From contig CAWGJO010000027.1 of assembly GCA_963822945.1 (NCBI GenBank), positions 64,001 through 128,000 on the forward strand: a stretch of DNA of 64,000 nt, in the 5' to 3' direction. The first letter of the stretch is position 1, and every line of letters starts with the position of its first letter. The notes under the pieces are model-generated. The model was not told where the DNA came from. It worked only from the letters and a program-made list of their open reading frames with translations, and searched no databases. Below are positions 45,821-55,883 of the stretch, piece after piece. The DNA comes from an uncultured Gemmatimonadaceae bacterium. Lineage in GTDB: Bacteria > Gemmatimonadota > Gemmatimonadetes > Gemmatimonadales > Gemmatimonadaceae. The position numbers were made by a program, and so were the translations under genes.

Positions 45821-47974
45821 TCAGGGCATCCTGAATTGCCTGCCGAAGAACTCCGCCGCCGCCGAGTCGACCCGCACCCAGTCGTGCCCGCCCAGCATGT
45901 GGTGCGTGTCGTCGGGAATCACGAACTCCTCGAACGGCACGTGCGCCAGCCGGAGACGCTGGATCAGATCGACCATCTGGCTGAAGCGCACGTTGCGGTC
46001 GTCGTCGCCCTGGATCACCAGCACCGGCGACTTCCAGGTGGCGATCGCCGAGACGGGCGAGGACGCCCACGCGATCCGCAGCGCCCGCGCGGCGTCGGGC
46101 GCCTTCTCGTAGCGGTCGTTGGCCAGCAGCCCGCGGGCACGCTCGGCCGTCCAGTCGTGCACGCCGCTGATGTCGACACCTGCGGCGAAGAGATCGGAGT
46201 TGTGTGACAATGCCATCGCGGTCAGGAAGCCGCCGTACGAGCCCCCGTACACGCCGATGCGCGACGCATCCACCTGCGGCAGCGTACGCAGATAGAGCGC
46301 CGCCGCCTTCACGTCCTGGTACTCGGACGCGCCCTGCGGCCCCGCGTGTGCCGGATGCTGGAATTCCCGCCCGTAGCCGATGCCGAGCCGGTAGTTCACG
46401 GACAGCACGATGTAGCCGCGGCTGGCCAGGTACTGATTGAGGGCGTAGCCGTTGGAGTAGTAGTCGCTGTAGTGCCAGCCCAGCAGCATCTGCCGCGGCG
46501 GTCCGCCGTGGAGAAAGACGATGGCCGGCCGGCGGCCGTGGCGGGCGCCGACGTCACTGCCATCGTCGAACAATTGCCCGTGAATCCGGAAGCCGCCGGT
46601 TGACGCGAAGACCACCTTCTTCGGGATCACCAGTTGCGCCGTGGGGAAGTCGGCGGGAATGCGATCGGCGCCCACGAGCTGCGGCGGACCGCCCGCAGCG
46701 GACATCACGGCCGGCACCGGTGGGCGCTGCGCCGTGGCGGAGAGGAACGCGATGGTCGAGCCGTCTCCGGTCACGACCGGCGTCCACTCCAGGCCCGTGC
46801 CCGGGGTGAGCACTTCGGGCGCCGCCCGATCCACCGGTACTTTCACGATGTGGCGCCGGTCATCGTCGTTCGGGTCGGGGCCGTCGTTCGCGCAGAACAC
46901 GAGATAGCGCCGGTCGGGACTCATCGTGATGTACTCGGCCATCCACCGGCCGGGGGTGAGCAACATCGGCTTGCCGCCGGCGGCCCCCACCGAGTAGAGG
47001 TGCGGCCATCCGTCCAGCTCGGCGAGAAACACGATCCGATCGCCCGCCGCCCAGTGCAGATTCGTGCCGCCCTGGGTGCGGGGCGGCGACCCGCGCAGCG
47101 TGTGCGGGGCGGTCCAGAGCGCGTGGCCCTGCCCCGTACTCGCGTCGGCGATCCAGATCGCCCACGGTTGGGGATGCGGCACGAGGACCGCCTCCGGCGG
47201 TCCGCCGGCCCCGGGCCGCCGTACGAAGGCGAGGCGTGTTCCGTCCGGCGACCACACTGGACCGGCGTCCCGGTCGGTGGACGGCGCCATCCACCGGATG
47301 GACGTGGAGTCGTTGGTGAAGACGCCCACGAGCGCGTGATCGCCGCGGCTGGAGACGAACGCGAGCCGAGCGCCATCGGGCGACCAGGTGGGATCGGAGG
47401 CGCCCGAGTTGACGCTGAACATCTGCCGAGCCGGGGCGGATCCATCGAGCGGCGCGGTCCAGATCTGGTGGTTGCGCTCGAAGGCAATCACGCCGTCCGC
47501 CGGAGAGATCACCGGCCGGTCGCCCTCGGCGACGAGCTTGGGTGTCCCGCCCTCGAACGGAACCGTCCAGATCTGAATCTTGTGGGCCTCGGGATCGGAC
47601 AACGGGTTCGGCGACGCGCCGGTCCAGTTGCCGCCGTGATCGCCGCCGCGCACGTACACCACATAGCGCCCATCGGGGGAGATCGACAGGCTCGTCAGTT
47701 CCTGCCCGTCGTCACGGTCGTAGTGGGTCAGTTGTCGTGCCGTGAACGCGGGCCCTTCGGCCACGAACACGTTCCGGAGCCCCTGCTCGTCCAGTGCCCA
47801 CGCGATGCGCGCACCGGTGGGCGAGGCGGTCAACTGCGTCGGGAAGGGGTAGCTCTTGACCTGCCGGAGAGTGAAGCCGCCCGTCGTAGTCTGCGCCCGA
47901 GCGGTGGACACGGCAGCAACGAGGAAGGGGGCGATGACCAGCGTGCGCCACGGACGGGACGGAAGGGCGAGCAT
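45821..47974 (-). CDS. S9 family prolyl oligopeptidase with beta-propeller, secreted
   Basis: WSPDG repeats, HGGP, GGSYGG nucleophile, GDDDRNV, DDTHH. Confidence 0.94.
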   Translation of the reverse strand: MLALPSRPWRTLVIAPFLVAAVSTARAQTTTGGFTLRQVKSYPFPTQLTASPTGARIAWALDEQGLRNVFVAEGPAFTARQLTHYDRDDGQELTSLSISPDGRYVVYVRGGDHGGNWTGASPNPLSDPEAHKIQIWTVPFEGGTPKLVAEGDRPVISPADGVIAFERNHQIWTAPLDGSAPARQMFSVNSGASDPTWSPDGARLAFVSSRGDHALVGVFTNDSTSIRWMAPSTDRDAGPVWSPDGTRLAFVRRPGAGGPPEAVLVPHPQPWAIWIADASTGQGHALWTAPHTLRGSPPRTQGGTNLHWAAGDRIVFLAELDGWPHLYSVGAAGGKPMLLTPGRWMAEYITMSPDRRYLVFCANDGPDPNDDDRRHIVKVPVDRAAPEVLTPGTGLEWTPVVTGDGSTIAFLSATAQRPPVPAVMSAAGGPPQLVGADRIPADFPTAQLVIPKKVVFASTGGFRIHGQLFDDGSDVGARHGRRPAIVFLHGGPPRQMLLGWHYSDYYSNGYALNQYLASRGYIVLSVNYRLGIGYGREFQHPAHAGPQGASEYQDVKAAALYLRTLPQVDASRIGVYGGSYGGFLTAMALSHNSDLFAAGVDISGVHDWTAERARGLLANDRYEKAPDAARALRIAWASSPVSAIATWKSPVLVIQGDDDRNVRFSQMVDLIQRLRLAHVPFEEFVIPDDTHHMLGGHDWVRVDSAAAEFFGRQFRMP

Positions 47975-48083
47975 CGCGGATACTCCGGGAGCGGTGGGGG
48001 AACGCAGGCGTCGGCGCCGGCAGCCAATCGTGGCCGCTCGCACTCACCAACGCAACCGCAACGGCCGGTGCCGCTGCCGGCGG

Positions 48084-49019
48084 TCAGGCCGGCCGGGCCG
48101 ACCCCAGTTCCGACAGGCGGTCGAGCACGCGGACGCCCGCCGGTTCGAGATCCCTGGCCAATCCCGCGGCCCCCGAACCGCCCACCACGAGGTCGACGCC
48201 GGCCGGGAGCCCGCCGCGGATCGATTCGAGTTCTCGTAAGATCTGCCGGCGGTCGGCGGGCGCCACCACGCTCAGCGCCACTACCTTCGCGCCGACGGCC
48301 CGCGCGGCCTCGGCGATGTCGGCGGCCGGGAGATCGGCGCCGAGGTAGGTCACGGCCCAACCGTGGGCCGTGGCAACCGCCGCCACGAACAGTGCGCCCA
48401 CTTCGTGGCGCTCCCCGGCCAGGGTGGCCACCACCATTCTTGGCGCGTCACCGGGCGCCGTCCCCACGGCCATGGCGCCGATGATCACGCGCCGCACCGT
48501 GGATGTGGCCAGGTGCTCCTGTCCCACCGAGACCCGGCCCGCGTGCCACTCGTCGCCCACGCGGCGCAGCAGCGGAGCCCCGACCGCGGCGATGAAGTTC
48601 ACCAGCCCCATCTCCGCGAGCACCCGCCCCAGCAACCACTCGAGCCCGGCCGCGTCGAAGGCACGCACGAGGGCAAGTGCGCGAGCGATCGACTCGCTAC
48701 CCGATCCCGTATCGGCGGGTGCGGCCGCATCCACGCGCGACCGTGCGCTGGCATCCTCCTCCACCAGTTGCGCCAATTCGCCGACGGACAGCCCCACCAC
48801 CTGTGAGATGCCCCGTCCGGGGATGGTGGCCAGCCGGAGCAGCCGGAGGCGTTCGATGTCGTCATCGGAGTAGAGGCGTTGACGCCCCTCGGAGCGGTCT
48901 GGCGAGACTGCGCGGTAGCGCCGCTCCCAAACCCGGAGCACGTCGGGGGTGAGACCGGTACGCTCGGCGGCTACCCCGATGGGGTGCTTGGGAATCGACG
49001 ACTGTCTGGAATCCGGCAT
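48084..49019 (-). CDS. carH: MerR family cobalamin-binding regulator (CarH/LitR type)
   Basis: MerR HTH (LRVWERRY, RLYSDDDI); W-x9-EH (WHAGRVSVGQEH); ERHEVG and YLGADLP B12-binding motifs; start 49019 or 49037. Confidence 0.85.
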   Translation of the reverse strand: MPDSRQSSIPKHPIGVAAERTGLTPDVLRVWERRYRAVSPDRSEGRQRLYSDDDIERLRLLRLATIPGRGISQVVGLSVGELAQLVEEDASARSRVDAAAPADTGSGSESIARALALVRAFDAAGLEWLLGRVLAEMGLVNFIAAVGAPLLRRVGDEWHAGRVSVGQEHLATSTVRRVIIGAMAVGTAPGDAPRMVVATLAGERHEVGALFVAAVATAHGWAVTYLGADLPAADIAEAARAVGAKVVALSVVAPADRRQILRELESIRGGLPAGVDLVVGGSGAAGLARDLEPAGVRVLDRLSELGSARPA

Positions 49020-49037
49020 GGGCCAATTCTGGCGCAT

Positions 49038-49123
49038 TGTCCATATAATGTCAATAGATATATATGGACATATGATTGACACACGATTTGCGTCTGCCTA
49101 GCTTCCTGGACAGTTGCTGGACA
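49038..49123. promoter_or_regulatory. Divergent promoter with CarH-type TnGACA repeats
   Basis: TGGACA/TTGACA pairs 11 bp apart (49065/49076, 49107/49118, and 49038/49049 on minus); 10-bp inverted repeat TGTCCATATA..TATATGGACA; TTGACA-17-TAGCTT (49076-49104). Confidence 0.75.
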
Positions 49124-49185
49124 GTGGGCGACCACGAACGTGTCGTCCGGCCCTTCACATCGATCAACGACTCAACTCTCGTCTC

Positions 49186-49587
49186 ATGAGCACCGCCATC
49201 CATGCCGGCAGTCTGAGAACCTTCGTGGGCGCGCTGAAATCGGCCGACCTCGTGAACACGCTCGAGGGGAAGGGACCGTTCACCGTGTTCGCGCCCACGG
49301 ACGCCGCATTCGACGCTCTGAGTGATGGCCCGCTGGCCTCGTTGATGTCCGATCGCAGCCAGCTCACCGACGTGATCACCCGACACCTGGTGCCGGGAAC
49401 GCTGCTGGCGGCTGATCTGCTGGACCGGGGCTCCACCGACGCGACGACCGTGAACGGGACGACCCTCCGCATCGTGACCCGTAACGGCAGGGTGCTGGTG
49501 AGCGGCGCCGAGGTGCTGGAGGCGGACATTCAGGGTTCGAACGGAGTAATTCACGTCATCGACAGAGTCCTTGTGCCTGAGGGGTAG
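49186..49587 (+). CDS. Fasciclin (FAS1) domain protein, no evident signal peptide
   Basis: GPFTVFAPTDAAF (H1) and NGVIHVIDRVL (H2). Confidence 0.93.
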   Translation: MSTAIHAGSLRTFVGALKSADLVNTLEGKGPFTVFAPTDAAFDALSDGPLASLMSDRSQLTDVITRHLVPGTLLAADLLDRGSTDATTVNGTTLRIVTRNGRVLVSGAEVLEADIQGSNGVIHVIDRVLVPEG

Positions 49588-49614
49588 GGCCCGGGGCAGG
49601 CGTTCTATAGACTT

Positions 49615-49664
49615 CGGGGGTGGTTGTTCCGTCAGTTTGCGGAGCGGCCACCCCCGTTGCTTTT
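49615..49664 (+). terminator. Intrinsic terminator after the fasciclin gene
   Basis: 17-bp stem CGGGGGTGGTTGTTCCG / CGGAGCGGCCACCCCCG (with G-U pairs) followed by TTGCTTTT. Confidence 0.7.
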
Positions 49665-49770
49665 GTCAGTGTTTCCCCGACACGGACTCGGGCGGTTGCC
49701 GATGGCGACGCGGAATGCCGAGTCTTAGCATCAGCTTGTCGTTGCGGGGCTTTCCACACATCCCGGACCA

Positions 49771-50499
49771 ATGGTGACTGCAAAATCTGAGTTGGCGATC
49801 GAGGCCCAGGGTGTAGCGCGCCGCTTCGGCGCACGGTGGGTGCTCCGGGGAGTGTCGATCGAGCTTGGTCCCGGAGAGATCGTCGGACTGCTCGGCGCCA
49901 ACGGCAGCGGCAAGACCACGCTGCTCCGGATATTCGGCACGCTGCTCAAGCCGACCGCGGGCACGGCCCGCATCTACGGTCATGACGTGGCCCGTGAGAC
50001 CGATGCCGTGCGATCGGAGCTCGGGTTCATGGCGCACACCCCCGGGCTCTACGACGACCTCACGGCGCGCGAGAATCTGCGGTTCGGCGCGATGATGCTG
50101 GGCCTGCCGGTGGGGAACAACCTGGACGCGGCGCTGGAGCGCGTTGGCCTGGGTCACGTGATCAACGAGCGGGTGCGCGGATTCTCGGCCGGCATGCAGC
50201 GCCGCCTGGCCATGGCGCGCCTGCTGCTGCGCCATGCCCGCGTGCTGCTGCTCGACGAGCCTTACAGCAATCTCGACACGGCGGGCATCAAGCTGATGAA
50301 CGAGATCATCACCGAAGCCGGCGCGGCCGGTGGCGCGGCGCTGGTGGTGCTGCACGAGTTGGCGCCCGCGGCGGGTGTGCTCGACCGTACCATCACGATC
50401 GTGAACGGACGCGTGGCGGAGTCGAAGCCGGCGCCCATTCCTCGCGTGCGCCTCGTCCCGAGCGAGCGTGCCGCGGCCACGGCGGGAGGGAACGGCTGA
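49771..50499 (+). CDS. ccmA: Heme ABC exporter ATP-binding subunit
   Basis: GANGSGKT, FSAGMQRR, LLLDEPY; first gene of the ccm operon. Confidence 0.92.
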   Translation: MVTAKSELAIEAQGVARRFGARWVLRGVSIELGPGEIVGLLGANGSGKTTLLRIFGTLLKPTAGTARIYGHDVARETDAVRSELGFMAHTPGLYDDLTARENLRFGAMMLGLPVGNNLDAALERVGLGHVINERVRGFSAGMQRRLAMARLLLRHARVLLLDEPYSNLDTAGIKLMNEIITEAGAAGGAALVVLHELAPAAGVLDRTITIVNGRVAESKPAPIPRVRLVPSERAAATAGGNG

Positions 50500-51185
50500 T
50501 GGCGTTCCGCGACGACGTGCGCCGGATTCGCGCGATCGCCTGGAAGGATCTGACCACGGAGCGCCGCTCCAAGGCCGGATTCAACAGTGTGGCGGCGCTC
50601 GGGATCACCATTCTCGTGCTGTTCGGATTTGCGCTGGGCCCCGACGCACAGGCGCTGCGCGACGCGGCCGCCGGTGCGCTCTGGCTCTCGGCGCTGTTCG
50701 CGGGAGTGCTCGCGTTCAATCGCAGCTACCAGGTGGAGCTGGAGAGCGGCGCCCTGGATCAGTTGCTGCAGTATCCGGGCCCGCGCTGGGTGATCTACGT
50801 GGGCAAGTTGATTGCCAACTCGCTGTTCGTGGGGCTGATGCTGGTGATCGTGGTGGCCGTGGGGATCGCGCTCTTCCAGGTGAAGATCCCGGCGGCGTGG
50901 CCGTCGCTCATCGGCGTGTTCGCGCTGGGCGCGGTGGGGCTGGTCGTGCTGGGCACGTTCTACGCGGCCATGGCGAGCCGCAGCCGGGCCCGCGAGGTCT
51001 TGCTCCCGCTGCTGCTCTTTCCGATGCTGGTGCCGGTGCTGCTGGCCGCCATTTCGGCCACCAAGGCGCTGCTGGTGGGTGACATCATGCACGAAGCGGG
51101 GGCGTGGATCAAACTGCTCGCCGCCTACGACCTGATCTTCCTCGTCGCCACTCTCTGGGCATTCGAATATGTCATCGAAGTCTGA
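50499..51185 (+). CDS. ccmB: Heme exporter permease
   Basis: WKDLTTERR, LFGFAL, LLPLLLFPMLVP. Confidence 0.92.
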   Translation: MAFRDDVRRIRAIAWKDLTTERRSKAGFNSVAALGITILVLFGFALGPDAQALRDAAAGALWLSALFAGVLAFNRSYQVELESGALDQLLQYPGPRWVIYVGKLIANSLFVGLMLVIVVAVGIALFQVKIPAAWPSLIGVFALGAVGLVVLGTFYAAMASRSRAREVLLPLLLFPMLVPVLLAAISATKALLVGDIMHEAGAWIKLLAAYDLIFLVATLWAFEYVIEV

Positions 51186-51195
51186 GGCCCTTTCC

Positions 51196-51906
51196 ATGAC
51201 CAATGACGTGCAAACGATACAGGTACCCCGTTCGGCCGGCTGGACGACGTTCGGTGTGGTGAGCATCGCGGCGTTGATCGCCACGCAGGTGTTCGCGTTT
51301 CTCACCTCGCCGCCGGACGTCAACATGGGGCAGTTGGAGAAGATCCTGTACGTCCACGTACCGGCGGCCTGGGTAATGTTCATCTGTTTCGCCGTCGTGC
51401 TGGTCTACAGTCTCCGCTTCCTTTGGAAGGGGCGTGAAGAGGACGACCTGCTGGCGGCGGCCGCTGCCGAAGTGGGCGCTATCTTCAATGGGCTCACGCT
51501 GATCCTGGGCATGATCTGGGGCAAGCCGGCGTGGGGCGTGTGGTGGGTGTGGGACGCGCGACTGACGTCCACGCTGGTGCTCTTTCTCGTCTTCGTGGGG
51601 TATCTGGCCCTGCGGGCGTTCGTGGAGGATCCCCAGCGGCGCGGGCAGTGGAGCGCGGCCGTGGGGATTCTCGGCGCGCTGAACGTGCCGATCGTCTGGA
51701 TGTCGGTAACCTGGTGGCGAACGCTTCATCAGATGCCGTCGAGCATGCAGTCGATGGCCAAGATCTACTGGGTGGGCATGTTCTTGAATTTCGGCGCCAT
51801 GCTGTTGGTCATGGTGTACTTCATCCGGCGCCGGTACGAGGCGACGGCCATCGTGCGCGCGGCGGAGCACGCCGCGCAGGCGGTGGCGTTGGGAGGGGAC
51901 GAGTAA
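51196..51906 (+). CDS. ccmC: Heme exporter / WWD protein
   Basis: YVHVPAAW, WGKPAWGVWWVWDARLT, WWRTLHQ. Confidence 0.95.
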   Translation: MTNDVQTIQVPRSAGWTTFGVVSIAALIATQVFAFLTSPPDVNMGQLEKILYVHVPAAWVMFICFAVVLVYSLRFLWKGREEDDLLAAAAAEVGAIFNGLTLILGMIWGKPAWGVWWVWDARLTSTLVLFLVFVGYLALRAFVEDPQRRGQWSAAVGILGALNVPIVWMSVTWWRTLHQMPSSMQSMAKIYWVGMFLNFGAMLLVMVYFIRRRYEATAIVRAAEHAAQAVALGGDE

Positions 51907-52064
51907 TGGAAGCATCCAACTGGGGGTTCGTCACGGCGGCCTACGCGATCACGTGGGCGCTGATCGTGGGATATCTGGTGTACGGACAGCGGGCGTTGAA
52001 CCGCGCTCGCGCCGAATACGAGCGAGTCACGGGCCACAAGCCCGGTGAAGGAGATGCAGCATGA
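51906..52064 (+). CDS. ccmD: Heme exporter protein D
   Basis: 52 aa, MEASNWGFVTAAYAITWALIVGY then charged tail, between ccmC and ccmE. Confidence 0.8.
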   Translation: MEASNWGFVTAAYAITWALIVGYLVYGQRALNRARAEYERVTGHKPGEGDAA

Positions 52065-52504
52065 GCAAGCGCAACTGGGCGATTCTCGTCGCGGTGGTAC
52101 TGGTCGCGACCTTCGGATGGCTGCTGTACGGCGGCCTCAACAAGAACGTGGTGTTCTTCCTCACGCCCAAGGAGCTGCTGGCCAAGGGCACGGACGGCTA
52201 CGACGTGCCGGTGCGGCTGGGCGGCATGGTGGTGCCGGGCACCGTCCAGTGGGACGAGAAGACGCTCCACCTGCAGTTCAAGGTGACCGACGACTCGGGC
52301 ACGGTGCTCGTGCACGAAGTGGGCGCGCCGCCGCAGATGTTCCAGCCGGGAATGGGCGTGGTGGTCGAGGGAAAGTTCGGCCGCGACAACGTATTCCAGG
52401 CCACCAACCTGATGGTGAAGCACTCCAACGAGTATCACCCGCCCAAACCGGGTGAGAAGCCGGAGGAGATTTACAAGACGCTGATCAAGGGATCCACACC
52501 ATGA
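52061..52504 (+). CDS. ccmE: Heme chaperone
   Basis: VRLGGMVVPG, GVVVEG, KHSNEY (HxxxY). Confidence 0.95.
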   Translation: MSKRNWAILVAVVLVATFGWLLYGGLNKNVVFFLTPKELLAKGTDGYDVPVRLGGMVVPGTVQWDEKTLHLQFKVTDDSGTVLVHEVGAPPQMFQPGMGVVVEGKFGRDNVFQATNLMVKHSNEYHPPKPGEKPEEIYKTLIKGSTP

Positions 52505-54528
52505 CGGGCATGTTCGCACACGACGCGCTGATCATCTCGCTGGTCGCGGTTCTGTTCGGCGCCATCGTCGGTACGCTCGGCATCCGCGGGAACCGGCAGG
52601 ACTGGGTGCAGCTCGCCTTCGGCACGATCTACGCCAACTTCGCGCTCGTCACGATCGCGACGCTGGCCATGATCTACGCGCTCGTCACGCACGACTATTC
52701 GGTGTCGTACGTGGCGCAGGTGGGCAGCAACGAGACGCCGCTCTTCTACACCGTGATCTCGCTGTGGGGCGCGCTCGAGGGCTCCATTCTGTTCTGGGCG
52801 TGGGTCCTGGGTGCCTACTCCACCGCCGTCGTCTGGATCAACCGCAAGCGCCCGGGCAATCTCGTACCCTGGGCCGCGGTGACGCTCCTCGTGGTGGCGC
52901 TGTTCTTCGCCATCCTCCTCGTGGGACCCGCGAACCCGTTCCATTCGGTGTTCCCGGTGCCCACCGATGGTCCGGGCCCGAATCCGCTGCTGCAGAACCA
53001 CATCCTGATGGCGGTGCACCCGCCGCTGCTGTACCTCGGCTACGTGGGCATGTCGGTGCCGTTCGCGTTCGCGGCGGGCGCCATGTTCTCCGGCGAGGTG
53101 GCCTCGGACGACTGGATCAAGATCTCGCGCACCTGGACGATGATCGCCTGGGGCTTCCTGTCGGCGGCGATCATCGCCGGCATGTGGTGGTCGTACGAGG
53201 TGCTCGGATGGGGCGGCTACTGGGCGTGGGATCCCGTGGAGAATGCATCGTTCCTTCCCTGGCTCACCGCGACGGCGTTCCTGCATTCGGTGATGGTCCA
53301 GGAGCGGCGCGGCATGCTGAAGCTCTGGAACCTGAACCTCATGGTCGGGACGTTCGTGCTGACCATCCTGGGGACCTTCCTCACGCGGTCGGGGATCCTG
53401 AGCTCGGTGCACGCGTTCACCACGGGCACCATCGGCTACTACTTCCTGGCCTTCATTGCGGTCGTGCTGGTGTGGGCGCTGGCGATGGTGGGCGGCGTGT
53501 CGGAGAAACTGCGCACCAAGGGGCACCTGGAATCGGCGACTTCGCGCGAGACGGTCTTCCTGCTCAACAACCTGTTCCTGACCGCGTTCTGCTTCACGGT
53601 GCTGGTGGGGACGCTGTTCCCGCTGGTGGCCGAGGCGGTGCGTGGCATCAAGGTCACGGTGGGCGAGCCGTTCTTCAACAAGATGACGCTGCCGCTGATC
53701 ACGGCGCTGATCTTCCTGGTAGGCGTGGGACCGGCGTTGCCCTGGGGCGCGGCGTCGCGTGACGTGCTCAAGCGCAAGCTGCTGCCGCCGATCGCCGGCG
53801 CGGTGGTAATGGGCGCTGTCGCGCTGGTATGGGGCGCGCGCAATCCGTATGCGGTCCTGATCTTTGCCTTCGTGGGCTATTCGGCGTTCGCCAATCTGCG
53901 GGAGTACTGGATCGGCATGAACGCGCGCCACAGAGCCCATGGTGAGAACTGGGGGCTGGCGCTCACGCGGCTGGTGGGCGGCAACCGGCGCCGGTACGGC
54001 GGCTACGTGGCCCACCTGGGCGTGCTGGTGGTGGCGCTGGGCATCGCGGCGTCGCAGAGTTTCCGCAGCGAGCGCGAGGCGACGCTCGAGCCGGGACAGA
54101 CGCTGACGGTGGCGGGCCACACCGCGCGCCTCAAGGAAGTGTGGGGCCGCCAGGAGCCGCAGCGCGCGGTGATCGGCGCCACGATGGAAGTGGTGAAGGA
54201 CGGCAAGGTGGTGGCGACCGCGGATCCGCGGATGAACTTCTATCCGACGCAGTCGGCGCCCGTGCCGACCCCGCAGGTGATCAGCTCGATCAGCGGCGAC
54301 CTGTATTTCAACCTGATGGCGTTCGACCAGAACGGCGCGCACGCGACGGTGAAGCTCATCGTGCAGCCGCTCGTGCCGTGGATCTGGTTCGGCGGAGGCA
54401 TCGTGGTGCTGGGCGCGATCATCGGGGTGTTCCCGAAGCGCAAGCGCCGCGCGGTGCTCGCCGAGGCGCGACAGCCGGTACCGGCAGTGCCGCTGCCGCT
54501 GCCGACCACTGGAGGAGGCGAAGCATGA
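52501..54528 (+). CDS. ccmF: Cytochrome c synthetase / heme lyase subunit
   Basis: HPPLLYLGY, WGGYWAWDPVENASFLPWL, SVHAF. Confidence 0.97.
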   Translation: MTGMFAHDALIISLVAVLFGAIVGTLGIRGNRQDWVQLAFGTIYANFALVTIATLAMIYALVTHDYSVSYVAQVGSNETPLFYTVISLWGALEGSILFWAWVLGAYSTAVVWINRKRPGNLVPWAAVTLLVVALFFAILLVGPANPFHSVFPVPTDGPGPNPLLQNHILMAVHPPLLYLGYVGMSVPFAFAAGAMFSGEVASDDWIKISRTWTMIAWGFLSAAIIAGMWWSYEVLGWGGYWAWDPVENASFLPWLTATAFLHSVMVQERRGMLKLWNLNLMVGTFVLTILGTFLTRSGILSSVHAFTTGTIGYYFLAFIAVVLVWALAMVGGVSEKLRTKGHLESATSRETVFLLNNLFLTAFCFTVLVGTLFPLVAEAVRGIKVTVGEPFFNKMTLPLITALIFLVGVGPALPWGAASRDVLKRKLLPPIAGAVVMGAVALVWGARNPYAVLIFAFVGYSAFANLREYWIGMNARHRAHGENWGLALTRLVGGNRRRYGGYVAHLGVLVVALGIAASQSFRSEREATLEPGQTLTVAGHTARLKEVWGRQEPQRAVIGATMEVVKDGKVVATADPRMNFYPTQSAPVPTPQVISSISGDLYFNLMAFDQNGAHATVKLIVQPLVPWIWFGGGIVVLGAIIGVFPKRKRRAVLAEARQPVPAVPLPLPTTGGGEA

Positions 54529-55178
54529 ACTGGAAACGTGCGACGATCGCGTCGCTGTTCGCGGTGCCGCTGATCCTGCTGTTCGCGTGGGGGTTCACCA
54601 AGGACCCCAACAACATTCCGTCGCCCCTGCCGGGCCGCATGGCGCCCGACTTCCGGCTGCCGGTGTTCTCGCCCGGCGAGCCGCCGACCACGCTGCCCGT
54701 GGGCGACACGGTGCACCTGGCGAGTCTGCGCGGCGAGGTGGTGGTGCTCAACTTCTGGGCATCGTGGTGCCTGTCGTGCCGCGACGAACACCGTGAACTG
54801 AGCGCGTTCGCCCGGCGCTACGCCGACAAGCCGGTGCACTTCCTGGGCGTGCTCTACAACGACTTCCCGAAGCCGGCCATCAACTGGATCAAGGAGATGG
54901 GCGGGCAGCAGTATCCGTCGGTGGACGACGGCAACGCGCACACGTCCATCGACTACGGCCTCTACGGCGTGCCGGAGACGTATTTCATCGACGGGTCGGG
55001 ACACGTGGCGTACAAGCAGACGGGCCCGGTCACCGACGCCATCCTGACGCGGATCGTCGATTCACTGATCGCCGCCCTGCCCCCATCGGCCAAGACGGCG
55101 GCGCCTGGCGACACGGCAGCCCACGTGCTGACGCCGGCGGCGCGCCCGAGCCCCAAGGGCACGGGAACGACTCCATGA
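54525..55178 (+). CDS. ccmG: Thiol-disulfide oxidoreductase (DsbE/TlpA-type)
   Basis: N-terminal TM, PSPLPG, NFWASWCLSC, YGVPETYFID. Confidence 0.9.
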   Translation: MNWKRATIASLFAVPLILLFAWGFTKDPNNIPSPLPGRMAPDFRLPVFSPGEPPTTLPVGDTVHLASLRGEVVVLNFWASWCLSCRDEHRELSAFARRYADKPVHFLGVLYNDFPKPAINWIKEMGGQQYPSVDDGNAHTSIDYGLYGVPETYFIDGSGHVAYKQTGPVTDAILTRIVDSLIAALPPSAKTAAPGDTAAHVLTPAARPSPKGTGTTP

Positions 55179-55654
55179 CGCGGTTCACCAAACTCGCGCT
55201 GGGCATGGTCGTGGCGGCCTGTGCCGTGATGCCGGTAGCCGCGGCAGCGCAGCAGGCGCCGACGGGCACGACGAGCACCGCCGCCCCACTGCCCTCATCC
55301 GCCGACTCGGCGCTCGACGCGAAGACCACCGCCGTCGCCTCCCAACTCCGGTGCCCGGTGTGCCAGGGCGAATCGATCCAGGATTCGCCGTCGGAGTTGG
55401 CGCACGAGATGCGGGAGCTGGTCAAGTCGCAGCTCGCCGAGGGCAAGACACCGGCCGAGGTGAAGGCGTACTTCGTGTCGAAGTACGGCGAGTGGATTCT
55501 GCTGGATCCCAAGGCGCACGGGTTCAACCTGGTGCTCTATGCGGCGCCGTATCTGCTGCTGGTGGCCGGGTTCGGGGTGATCGTGGTGGCGGTGAAGAAG
55601 TGGACACGAGGAAGCGGAGAAACGGCGGAACCGCAGAACGGCGCAGGGCAATAA
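55175..55654 (+). CDS. ccmH: Cytochrome c biogenesis protein
   Basis: LRCPVCQ, YGEWILLDP, C-terminal TM. Confidence 0.94.
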   Translation: MTRFTKLALGMVVAACAVMPVAAAAQQAPTGTTSTAAPLPSSADSALDAKTTAVASQLRCPVCQGESIQDSPSELAHEMRELVKSQLAEGKTPAEVKAYFVSKYGEWILLDPKAHGFNLVLYAAPYLLLVAGFGVIVVAVKKWTRGSGETAEPQNGAGQ

Positions 55655-55737
55655 CGGCGACACCGCGAAACGGCGCAGGGCCGGTACTACGCAGGGCCGA
55701 TAGCACGCAGGGCCGATACAGCGCAGGGCCGATACGG
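55621..55737. repeat. Degenerate 16-bp period tandem repeat
   Basis: AACGGCG at 55621/55637/55653/55669; CGCAGGGC at 55642/55674/55690/55706/55722. Confidence 0.8.
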
Positions 55738-55811
55738 CGGGGAAAGGGAAGTGGGTAAACAGCGAATGGGGCGGGGCGATCGCATGCGATCGCCCCGCCC
55801 CCTTCCGCATT

Positions 55812-55883
55812 CTGACTGTCTGACTGTCCGACTGTCCGACTGTCCGACTGTCCGACCTACCAACCCACCGACCTACCGACCTA
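55812..55883. repeat. Octamer tandem repeat, 9 units (CYGACTGT then CCGACCTA)
   Basis: Directly visible; overlaps the hemH stop codon. Confidence 0.85.

Noticed and set aside
49038..55654. CarH/light control of the ccm operon by read-through from fasciclin
   Set aside because: A strong intrinsic terminator (49615-49664) separates the fasciclin gene from ccmA
55621..55883. Possible CRISPR array
   Set aside because: Periods of 8 and 16 bp, no unique spacers, no cas genes
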